A DNA stretch of 64,000 nucleotides from assembly GCA_051294905.1 (NCBI GenBank), contig CM119371.1:35280001-35344000 (forward strand). Reading direction: 5' to 3'. Positions 50,777 through 62,279 of the stretch are shown here, piece after piece; position 1 is the stretch's first letter; each line of letters opens with the position of its first letter. The stretch comes from Botryllus schlosseri (lineage: Eukaryota). The notes under the pieces are model-generated. The model searched no databases, was not told the DNA's origin, and saw only the letters and a list, made by a program, of their open reading frames with translations. Made by a program: the position numbers and the translations under genes.

Positions 50777-53102
50777 ATGTGATGTTTGTGGTGAAGCATT
50801 TACTGGTGAGGGTGACCTTATGTTTCATTTGAACATGCATGCTGGCGTCACAAATCCTAAGTGTGATATATGTGGTTAAGCAATAATATCCAAAGGTAGC
50901 ATCAAGCTTCATTTGGACATGCATGCTTGCATCAAAAAATAATAAATGTGATATTTGTGGTAAAGCATTTACTCGGGAGGGTAAATTCTAGCTTCATTGG
51001 GACAGATATGCTGGCGTGACAAAAATTGCGTGCATCCCTATTTGATCAAGTCGACTTTTACTGATCTTGAAAAAGATTTGCAACTTTACCAGTTGCTTTT
51101 GTTATGACAGTGCTACCCCATAGTTTGTCAACCTCTGAACAAACGCTTTTGTAGCGTCACGACGTTGGAACGGAACAAGTGGATTATTGTGATGCAAATT
51201 CTATGTTCTGTGTGACGAGTTAAATGATGTTTTATCATCATATTGCGAATAGCTTTTATTTCTTGCGCCAATAGTGATTTCATCACTCCCTTGTTTACTT
51301 CGCTGCCGTACCCAATATGAAAATGGAGATGTGTGAGCTTGCGGATTTGGTAGAGGTTGCCATGATACTTTAACAGTCATGGGCATGGTGACATGTTGGC
51401 TCTGTATGTCAGTCGCGATAGTCAGTAGTCGCAAAATTCAAATTGCATGTTGACAGCCGACGATGCATGCATGTTGAATTTCGTGTACACATCGTGCTAA
51501 CACCTTTCTTTCAATTGATAGCAATGTGTTGTTGTGTGTACTTGAATTGGCAGTCCCCAACCCTTGGTCCGATAAATTTTTGGTTGGCCGCATACTGTGT
51601 TTTGGGGGGGTGGGCACCGTTCTGTGCGGCCTACGGGAGTCTGAAGAAACTTATCAAAAACTATTGATAAAATGCGTACTTAAAATCGAAATAATGCAAG
51701 GACTTCATTAAACTTTTTCTTAGTATATTTCACTATAATAATTCTATGGCAGTGGTTCTCAAACTGGACGCTCGCCCCCCTCGGGGGCGTGAAAGTATCA
51801 GAAGGGGTCGCGAAGCTGAGCTCAACTGAAAAAAAAATCGCGCTTGACCCGATTTACAGCCACTCATAGTTATTGCTCTGTATTTAGTTCGAATTTTATA
51901 TTTCAAAACCTCTAATCCACACGCGTAACCTCCCGTGCTATTACACTATCCGTTTGACTGGCTAGCATCCTGGTTGCGTTTTGTGATATGCCGGTAAGTG
52001 GTGCGCGAAATCTTTCGCCATCATAATGGGGGGAGGGTGTCTTAAAAAGTTTGATAATCGCTGTTCTAACGTAAATACTTCTCAAATCATTTTTTATGTT
52101 TAATTTCTGGCGCGACAGCCCGATTTCAAGGCCGACACATTTTGAAAGGTTTTAACTGCTTAACATCACAGAAATCTAAATGAGATTTTACCAAATTCGG
52201 ATCAGTAGTGTGATTTAAGATTGACCACTCCAGTTCTATTTTATTTCAGTAATGTGCTTACAAAAAACGATCCGCACGTGTCTTAGGTATATTCGTTATC
52301 TGTATGCGTAGAATTAGGGTATTCATATTTTATCTACACACAGTAGAAGCGTGCCTGAAGCTAACATGGTTATTATGCTGTCAGCATTGTGTGTCCTGGA
52401 ACTGAACCAATAGTGGAAATCTATCGTCGGTGTCACACTGTCACACCCATTCTTAAGCAGCTACTTTTAAACGCTTTGCCCAACGGCAATGATATCAAGC
52501 AAATGAAAATTACGTTAGATGTGTACTGCTGCCCTGTGCTTAACCATTCAATTTACTGCCTTTCCATGAGTTGATTACTGTAATATTAGTTCAACTATAT
52601 TTTTTCGGTATTCAAGAAAGTGTAAGTGTGAGGGGGTATCTGATTTCCATACGCAATCGACTCATGTCCTCAGATTAAAAAGCAATATATTGTCTAGTGT
52701 ACTTGGATCAGCGCTCCCAACCCTTGCACGCATGCCTTTGTCGAAATTGCTGAGAAAATACAATCAATATTTGAAGTACATTATGCTGTTTGTTTTACAA
52801 AGTGTTTACCTGCCGATATGTAGTCATTTGGACTGTGATTTGTTCATTTCATTTGTTTCTATTGCTTATTTGTATGATATGCGTGTATGGCGGTTGCGCT
52901 TTCTATAATATGATGGTGCTCTTTGTTCACATTGCTTACAGACATATCAGATTGTGCCAGGCGGTCATTAAGCTAAGGCATATGTGCCGAACGGAGTAGG
53001 GAAAATTTTGCATTCCCGACACTTCAACCTTGAAGACTTGAACTCAATCAAGATCGTTGATGCGATATTTCGGAAGAAAATTCATGTGACCACAAGTTTG
53101 AT

Positions 53103-53804
53103 ATGGACATGTATGCTGGTATCAAAAATCATGAATGTGATATTCGTGGAAAAGCATTTAGTCGAAAATGCGGCCTCAAGCTTCATTTGGACATGCATGC
53201 TGAAATCAAAAATCATAAATGTGATACTTGTGGGAAAACATTCTCATCGAAGAGTTACCTCAAGCTTCATTTGGACATGCATGCTGGCGTCACAAATCAT
53301 AAGTGTGATATATGTGGAAAATCATTTACATTGGAAGGTAACCTCAAGCGTCATTTGGACATGCATTCTGGCATCAAAAATCATAAGTGTGATATTTGTG
53401 GTAAAGCATTTATCTGGAAGGGCAACCTCAAGCTTCACTCGAAAATGCATGCTGGCGCCAATCATGAATGTGAAATTTGTGGGAAAGCATTTATTCACAG
53501 GGCTCACCTCAAGTTTCATTTGAACATGCATGCTGGCCTCAAAAACCAAAAATGTGATATATGTGGGAAGGCATTCACATCGAAGAGTTCTGTCAAGCTC
53601 CATTTGTCCATGCATGTTGGCATCAAAAATTATAAATGTGGTGTTTGTGATAAAGCATTTATCTGGAAGAGCAACCTCAATCGTCACTTGGAAATGCATG
53701 CTGGCGTCAATTATAAATGTGATAAATGTGGAAAAGCATTTACCAGAAAGAGCAACCTCGAACGTCATATGGCTGCGTGCGACCGTCAAAAATCAAAAAT
53801 CTGA
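53103..53804 (+). CDS. C2H2 zinc-finger protein ZF-i, 8 fingers (first Cys>Arg, last C2HC)
   Basis: Open frame; fingers 1-3 nearly identical to ZF-g fingers 1-3; ends HMAACDRQKSKI. Confidence 0.82.
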   Translation: MDMYAGIKNHECDIRGKAFSRKCGLKLHLDMHAEIKNHKCDTCGKTFSSKSYLKLHLDMHAGVTNHKCDICGKSFTLEGNLKRHLDMHSGIKNHKCDICGKAFIWKGNLKLHSKMHAGANHECEICGKAFIHRAHLKFHLNMHAGLKNQKCDICGKAFTSKSSVKLHLSMHVGIKNYKCGVCDKAFIWKSNLNRHLEMHAGVNYKCDKCGKAFTRKSNLERHMAACDRQKSKI

Positions 53805-54545
53805 TATTTATTGGGAAGGGAGCCCTCCAGCTTCATGTGATTATTCCTCGTTCATAATAGTCAATAATCATGAGTGTTTTTTTTCCTGGACTTGTCCAAC
53901 GCTCCTGTAGCCTCATGTCGTTGGAGTGAAGCGAATTCTATTCAATATTATTAGTTTAACGATGGTTTATCAGTTGATCAGCTTTCATTTGTCGCGTAAC
54001 TTATTACAGGAAAATACATCACTTCCCTTTCCTCGCTCGAGTGTCTATCTGACTTGCGGTTTGAATGGGCTGTTTTCTGTATCGAAGTCCTTTCGTTTCG
54101 TCTTGGAGAAATGAAGCGTGTCACAGTGTTGGTCTGATACCGAAGCAGCAAGTTCCTTTCGAGTCCAAAATCCAAAATGGTTCTTGACCCAGAATCGGAA
54201 TTTCAGCAACAGCACATCAGGTCCTCCAGTCAGAGCAAAACTACACTACCGTGCTCATGATTAAAACTGTGATGTGCGGGACCATGATCATGTGTTGAAC
54301 CCTAAGCAGTTTTCTAAGCGTCTTTCAAGCTGGTGATGCCATATTTTGTGATACCATTGTTGACATACGATGTTCTTTCGAATTCTTCACTAGTTGCTGA
54401 CGATTACCCCTGACGAGTGTCAGCCGAAAATATTCGGGTTCATGTCAATATGAATATACTATTCAGTTTGATTTGCAGGCTCGAGCTTTATAGACTGATT
54501 TGCGATACACATACATATAAATATCTCGACCTTGCTGAACTAGAT

Positions 54546-55754
54546 AAGTGCTTCCCAACCCTTTCAAGTTCACGACCCACTTTTGACACACATTTATTGT
54601 GTGACCCGCCATGAGATGAGACAAAACGAACGAAAGCGTGATTCAGCGCACGATGTGTCGTTGTGGTCGTTTGCGGTATTCAGAGTGTTTTTAGACTGTG
54701 ATGGTGATTTACACCAGGCTCGAATTCATCATTTTTTATTCCATAGCTGACGACATGTATCACCGCCCACTTCTTGTTTTTTTGAGAAACCGCTTACGCG
54801 GATGTGATGGCGAGTAGGAGTCTGTATAGATAAACCCCCAACACTCGGAATGGGATTATAGAGTCGATATCGGTCGGACTTGAGTCAGCTACCTATTGGT
54901 GTTGCAGCTGTGAATCGCAACGGTATCTCGCCTCGCACAAACCGTCGTATGAGTAACGAGTGGATGCCGACAAGCTGTGAGAAATGCAGGATCACGGGTA
55001 GGCCTATATGAAGCAGTCAAGAATGAATACACGTAATAGATGATTACAAATACCAAAGTGCGTGTCTTTTACGAACACAATGGGGTTCCGAGTAGCTTGC
55101 GTCGCAGCAATTCTTTGCTTAATATAACACTAAATCGGGCTGGATTGCTGCATTTCCCTCTCAACGTACGCAAACCTTTGGAGCATTGGTTGTCAAACTA
55201 TTTTACACACATCCTCCTCTTTATGGTAGTGAAAAATTACGCGCCCCCTTATCGTCACATCACAAACTGTTACCGGAAAGCTAGCACACCCAATGGATAG
55301 TTTAATGGCATGGAAGGTTATGACTGTTGATTAGAGAATTGTCAAATATGAAATTAGGAGTATACACAGAGCAATATCTATCAATTGGAGGTAATAAATC
55401 GCGCGGGGCGCGAATAAATTATCTGTCGACCGCAGCTTCGCGTACCTTTTCAGATGCTTACACGCCTCCCGTTTTAGTACCCCTGCATTGGAGGAAGGAA
55501 TTATTTCCGATTCTTAGGCATACACAATAACACTGTCCAATTTGGCGCTTCAATCAAAATGACTGTCACGAAAATCTGGTTGATGAATTATTGTGAACAC
55601 GATAACGTAATATTTATGGGTGCAAAAACAACTTATTTTAGACTTAGAGGATGAGTACGCGTAATCGCGAGAAGAAAATTATTGGAATTGGCATACTGAA
55701 TAGGAAGCTGCAACATTTAGTAATCCGTCGCGACACACCGGCTGGGAAGCACTG
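54546..55754. mobile_element. Charlie-like non-autonomous hAT element
   Basis: Ends aagtgcttcccaacc … ggctgggaagcactg; perfect TSD aactagat (54538-54545, 55755-55762). Confidence 0.85.
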
Positions 55755-56984
55755 AACTAGATCTTTATGGCAGTGTCGAGATCGTCCATGGTGATTTTAG
55801 GGTGGTATTTAGTACATTTTGAGCAGCCATGAGATAAGTTTTGTGTGATCTTACAGCGTAATCCAATGATGTATTTCAATGACATGTATAGTAAGTATAA
55901 CAATTAGCTAATGCGGCGTTCCGCCACATTGCCGATGTCTGACTTTAAGTAGGCAGTCTAGGTGTCGTGCACTGATTTCAATTCTATATTTACGGAATCG
56001 GTGATGTATTTGTGATCAATTTATTATAAAGTTTCGCGTAAAACAGCATAACCAGTCACCTTCCCTTCGCCTCCGATCTCGAGATGACGCGCCGAGAGCA
56101 TTCATTCAATAATTGCATCAATCAAAATCACAAAGGCAATAGTAGCTTTCGATTAAGACGGAATCCATTGCATGTTGCCCTTGGGCGATCAGTTATAACA
56201 TTGTCAATGAAGCTGGTTTGTCACTGCACATCGGTAAACGGGCACCTATAATCCGCCAGGATCAGCCAAGCGGAACGAAGCAACGAAACCAGTCATTTCC
56301 ACCATTCCACGTTTCCATTCGATACTGGATCAGTCTGAATTGGTTTATGCTCGCCGAAGTAGAAGAACTAGGTATTTCTGAGATGTTGCGAAGGATAGTT
56401 GCATTTAGTTGTGTCAGAGATAGCTAAAAGTTATAGATATTGCAGGCTTGGCTTGTGTATGTGCAGCAATACTTGGCGTAGTCCTAAGTTATCAAATTAG
56501 ATACGAGTTATGTTACGATGCTTTCGCATAAACTGTTAACGTTCTACTCTAGGTGTTCTCAAACTTTTTTCATATGCGGACGCCTATACGAATTATATCT
56601 ATGTATGGTGCATTTAAAACACTTTGTTCAAAACTTGTTTTAAACAGTGTTTAAACAAATGCCTTGAAAGAAAATTGTGTGTTTTTCCAAACGCCGTCTA
56701 ATTATCCCATAATTAGGTAAATACGTCCGACAAACTATGCAGTATGAGCCCTAGCCCTAGCTCTAGCCCTAGTCATAGCCCTAGCCCTAGCCACAGCAAT
56801 CGTCGTAGGTTCAACAGCTTTTGCACGTAGATACAGATCATTGGTATGGAATGGGTGTTATGATGATGATGACCGCCGACCGTAAAAATGCTGCACAACG
56901 ATTTAGTCACTATTTGCTAGCAATCGGACGATTGCAGCGCAGTGAAACGCGATACCGGTTTTGAAAACCGACACAACTGTAGAA

Positions 56985-58262
56985 ATGGTATAGCAGCGAC
57001 GGCCAATACGTAATGCAGAGCAAATACACTCCCCTACTGATGTAGGCTAGCTGTGACCTGTGATGTATTTTCCATCCATACCCAGATTAAATTGCGGTAT
57101 GTGATGACTGTATATATAGCCTGCGTTGCCGTTTTTTGTGGCCTTTACGGTGTTTTCGACTGCAATAGTCATTCACACCAGATCGATATTCCAGTCTATG
57201 ATTCCATATCTGCCGACTCGCAGCATGGCCCACTTCTAGGCTTCTGTAACGCACCGCTTATACGCGGATAATGTGGCGAGGAAGGGACCTAGATAGCATA
57301 CGTGTGAAGATGACTAATGTGATAAGAAACAGGTCGCCAACTCAATTAGCTAACACTTTAGGTTTTATATATTTGCGAATCTTATTATAAGGAAATCAGC
57401 ATTTCCAATCATGGATATAACCCTGATTTTCCACAGTCTGAATGACGTTTTCATCCATTTGAGTTTGATGTTAGTGAGTGACATAAACAGTACAGTGTTG
57501 TAGGAATTGTATATAGCGACGGCCGATACGTAACGCAGAGCAAATACATTCCCTTACTGATGTAGCTGGTATATATTTTCCATCGATACCTGCCCTGAAT
57601 TGTGGTATGTGATGGATTTCAGTGGTCCCCAACATTTTTTGACTCGTTGCCCCCTTATCAAGCTCGACACAAATTTTAGCCCCCCATATTTACGGATCCG
57701 AAAAACGGGGCATATTAATGGAAAAGTTTTTCCCCAAACTCTAATCGCTGTGAATCGACTGAAAAATATATATCATTTTTTTCGAGTAGGTGCTCGGAAC
57801 ACGGGTTTTCGCGACTACTTTCCATCGAGCTAACCTTTGTTAGTCACCTTTCTAGTCATATATAGACTAGATAGACAGTAGCTACTTACATAGTCTGCAT
57901 CTCCGTTGTTTGTGGTTTTGACGGTGTTTTCGAACACTAATAATAATTTACACCAGGGCGATATTCCATGTTATGATTCCATATCTGACGACTTCTGTCA
58001 TGGCCTAATTCTAGACTTTTGTAAGACACCGCTTACGAGGATCAGACAGCGAGGAGCAGCCTACATAGCTGGCCTGTGTGAAGATGGCTAATGCGATAAG
58101 AAACTGGTCGCTAACTGAATCCGCTAACCTATAAGGTTCTCTATATTTGCGAATCTTCTTCCAAGGAAATATGCATCCCTCCGCAATCATGAATCTAGCC
58201 CCGATTTTCTACGGCCTGAAAGATCTTTTCAACCATTTAAGTTTGTTCTTACTGAGTCACAT
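56985..58262 (+). repeat. Diverged ~500-bp tandem duplication; the second unit is interrupted by a Charlie-like fragment (~57620-57885)
   Basis: gcgacggccaatacgtaatgcagagcaaatac at ~56997 and ~57517; shared end ccattt..gtttg…gagt.acata at ~57480 and ~58260. Confidence 0.8.
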
Positions 58263-59123
58263 ATTTATTTTTGCCTATACAGTGCCCATTTTAATGTGGT
58301 AAAAAAGAGATTTGACGACCAGAGGACAATAGAGAATGTAAAACCGAAATTAAAGGGTTCAGTGCCGCATCAGTCATGAACATCCATGTACGTCACTGCC
58401 TGTACCGGACCTGGACAACTACAAAATTCTCAGCTTTTCTAAATTAGAATAGAATTACAATAACAGCCACAAAGTTCTTTTCGAATTAGAATAAAGTTAA
58501 TATCGCAGCTACACCGTTATTTCCAAATTAGATTAAAATTAGAGTTGTAACTACACTGTGTTTTTCCAAATTAGCTTGGAATTAGAATACCTGAATTCAC
58601 GAAAACTTTGACATTCAACTAAGTTCCGTTAATATCATATCACGGTTCATTTTGATGAGCATCAAAATAGCGAATGTCTGTACAGCAAGCTTGGCTCGTT
58701 TCGCACTATTTTATTCTCCTGTAGCATTTACAGGAAAACCAGAAATTAAATTGGAATCATAACAAGAGCTTAGAAATGTTAAACAAATAAGATTAGAACG
58801 AGATGTACTCATTCAAGAGGATTTGTGCTCAGTTTTCAGGAAATCGAAATGTCCTCCGAGGACACCTAAAAGTCCTATTTTTTGACATTCGGCCTCATTT
58901 ACAGCTTCGACAGCTGCGCTAGTGCACAGTGTCAACTGGTATGGTAACTCTGAATTACTCACCAAGAATTATCTACTTATCCAAGTCTGTCCTGTACTAT
59001 GCATTCTCAATGCCAGTAGTCAGTCTATTGGAGGGCGCATGCCTTCTGCAGTGGGGTAAGAGGTATCAGGGTCTACGCTTCCGAGTAAGACCGGTTATCT
59101 TAAATTTTAGTTCAGGTCGCTCG

Positions 59124-62010
59124 CAATGTTTCCTCTATTTTTTTACGAGTCTGCGCAAACGCACCCAGGCTCTTGGACAACAGTGCGCAACCAGACCCCC
59201 CATAGGGTGATAAATCAAACTTCTGGGGGTTCGCCCCCCAGACCCCCCTCGGGCTATATGAGCTTTTTACCGCTTCTTATCATATAAATTGGGTGTCCGT
59301 TTGGTGGGTGTGACACCTGAACGCGCGAAGCGCGAAAATCTTTTATAATTCATGATTGAGTCGGTATATTGCGATCAATTTTTAAGCTCTCTCTGCTCAC
59401 GTAATAAGATTTACCGAGGAGGAGAAGAAGGAAAATTTGGATTTAAATAAATTAGTATTTACGGTGAGAACAACTTTAAATAAATAAACAAAGAATCGGT
59501 CACCGTAAATACTATTTTATTCAAATCCAAATTTTTCGACGGCAATAACTCCGCTTTCACTGGTTGGAATTGAACCAAATTTGGTGAGCATCGTTTCGAT
59601 GGACAGCCTAACACTTTCATGGGGTGAACAGAAAATTTCCATATTTTTTATTATTTATTTTTACATAATAAATAGAAACTTTCTTCTCCTGTAGCAAAGC
59701 GGTTACTGGCTGGAATTGAACCAAATTTTGTATGTAGGCTTAAATTAGGTAACCTAACAATTTTATGAAGTAGCCAGTACGATTTGAGAAAAAAAGTCAT
59801 TTTTAAAGAGCCCTAATAAACAGTGACAAGCAGATTAAGCGAGTATTCACTCAACGTTGGCCAAACAGGCAATCAGCTATATAGCCAAAACACTTGTACC
59901 GACAAGAATGGACGCTTGTAACCAGGAAGCCACTGAAATATTTCGGAAAAACCCAGATTTAGACGTTAAATAAACCCAGAAAAACCCAGCTCCTATATTT
60001 TACTCCAATTGCTATGCGAAAGCTGTGAAACTGGAATGCGGCAGGCATTAATCACAATCATACAGTAATAGAAGTAAGTTACATCCAGTATTATTGCTAT
60101 TCCCACAGTCCATACAATAGATTCAGCTCAGTTATGTTGTTTTCTGCTCGACGCATCGCTTTGAAATAATAGGTGCGCGGCGTCAATACTCAAAACAATG
60201 CCATTCCCCATCTCTAAGTGATTTTCGGGCATTTTCGGTGACCTGAGCAGATTAAAAGCTCTCGGTTGAATAATCCTGGAACAATGTGGCTGGCATGTCC
60301 TGTTCAAAAATAAACTGCCTGATCATGAATGTTAGGGTTGGTCAACGGTATATTCGCATGTGCTGATAACCAACCCCACAGAGACTAATTTGCTAGCTGC
60401 CAAATCTCTCTCTCTCTCTCTCTGTTGGAGGTAAGTATACTCAGATAACAATACGGTATATTAGTCCTCGGATAAACACCTGATCCGCCCATGTGCAATG
60501 TGCATACTTTATAATTACATGGTATTTATTGGAAGACGACGAAATTATTGGTGTGATAATAGCATTCAATTCTCAAATCGTTTTTTTTTAATAATTATTT
60601 TAAATTTCAAGGCTGACGGTTCTAATGAGTTGCCTTATGAGTTATGTACATGACTTTCTGCGACCTGGGCAGCCAGTTTTCAATGAAAGCTCCCTCGCAT
60701 CATGCCAAGATCTCTCATTTTCTTAGTGAATTCAGGTGAATTGAGACTCTGCCGTTACAATTACAGTGAAATCTATTGACAGGGGCAAACTGAGGTACGT
60801 GCATTTGACGACACTATATTATCTTGCTAATCTAATGATTAATTTCGAGCGTAAAATTGACCTGACGGATATGATGGTGAAAAAAAAAACAGATTTCAAA
60901 AACAAAAACCCAGAAACCCAGGTGACGCTCGAAAAAAACAGATCTGTGTGGAAAACATAGAAGTGGCATGTCTGCTTGTAACCGCAAGTACTATAGACGG
61001 TGAATCGTAATCTTGTGCGACCATCTCTGACGTCACAACAAATTCGTGTACGGACATGGTGACATATAGATTATTAGTAGACATACACTCACGAGAACCC
61101 TCTTCAAATCAATACATGCGATCGATGTAGGCCTACCGCGTTAAAACACTGATGTGACGTCTTAATACCGGCAATGCACTCATTACGATCAAGACATACA
61201 GTCTTATATAATGATACGAATGATCAATTCTGACTGAAGCAAGAACAATATTAGCGTATGACCTTATCGACAGGAGATTTCCGTTCAAACGAATCGAATG
61301 AAATCGAAATTTGTGCTGCTGGGAAGCTGATGTAGTTCAACGCCACACAGTGCGCAGCTGAAGCATTTCCCAATCAACGTTCGCAAGGGGATGGATATTT
61401 TCAACAATATTGGTGCTTGTACTTGCATATTCTGCATGTTATCCTTTCTCACCATACGCGATCAGATTTGCCTGATGGAAGTTATGACGTAGAAATTTCA
61501 CGGCATGTAATTGTACACTGTACAGTAAAACTTATGCAATGTTCTTATACAATACTATTCGTTAGTTTCTCGCAGATCAACTTCGAGCTAGCCCATAATT
61601 ATTTATAACTTTGTTAAACCATGTTATTTCGCCATTCCCAGAAAAGATTGCGTTATTGAAATGATATCAGTATCGCTCACGCGTACGAGACCATACTAAA
61701 AGAAAAATCTCTTTCGTGAAGCTCGCGTCATTGCAAATTATCATTCTTCACAGAGCGCAATATTTACCTTTACGGGTCGCACTTGTACCTCTGTTTCAGA
61801 CTTCAGCGATAACACTATTTGCCCCTGACAATGTTCTCTCTAATGTTTCACGAGTCTGGGCGCATGCGCGGTCCCTTGAACAACAGTGCGCAACGACTAA
61901 AAATAAATTATCACTTCAGATTTTCTGTGCGCAGCTTAGAGATTTTCCGTGCGCAGAAACCGTTTCAGCACTTCGCATTTGCGCACGTGTGCAGCTTAGA
62001 GGGAACATTG
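59124..62010. mobile_element. Non-autonomous hAT-type element with a second internal left end at 61829
   Basis: TIR caatgtttcctcta / tagagggaacattg (13/14); TSD gtcgctcg / gtcgctag (7/8). Confidence 0.7.
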
Positions 62011-62279
62011 GTCGCTAGCTATATACAATTTCCGTTCAGGCGATGTATATCAGCTATTAGTCTGGTTAAGAATAAGAGGTTAATTGAGAGAGGGTTGTGT
62101 ATAATAGTGTTGGTGGATCTAAATTAGTTTGGTTTCGACGCCCCTGCGTGACAGTGTCCTGGTCGTGTTGTACACAAGCACATGTAGCTCCACCTCGGCA
62201 AGCGTGTAAGTTTAGGTCAAGCGCTATCCATGAGTTAGGGTTAAAGGTGCTGGAGTTGGGTTATAATCTGCAATGTATA

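Larger units (their letters stand above)
48380..53390 (+). repeat. Segmental duplication, copy 2
   Basis: Paralog of 36765-43460 without the 36843-39259 insertion. Confidence 0.9.

Noticed and set aside
41126..51434. Repeated minus-strand ORFs in the spacer (…GARNKSYSQYDDKTSFNSSHRT…)
   Set aside because: The similarity is explained by recent duplication; other copies have stops, and the plus strand gives the better transposase-like reading.
42761..52999. Identical 72-aa and 69-aa ORF pairs as conserved small genes
   Set aside because: They start at TTG, lie in near-identical duplicated DNA, and are not open in older paralogs.
15234..53910. Many antisense and alternate-frame ORFs over the ZF arrays (MHVQMKLEVTL…, IINVIYVGKHL…)
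   Set aside because: Shadows of the repetitive 84-bp finger unit; they track the arrays exactly and have no independent domain signal.
58430..58810. aaattagaat short repeats
   Set aside because: Probably subterminal repeats of a decayed element, but I found no termini or TSD to support a call.
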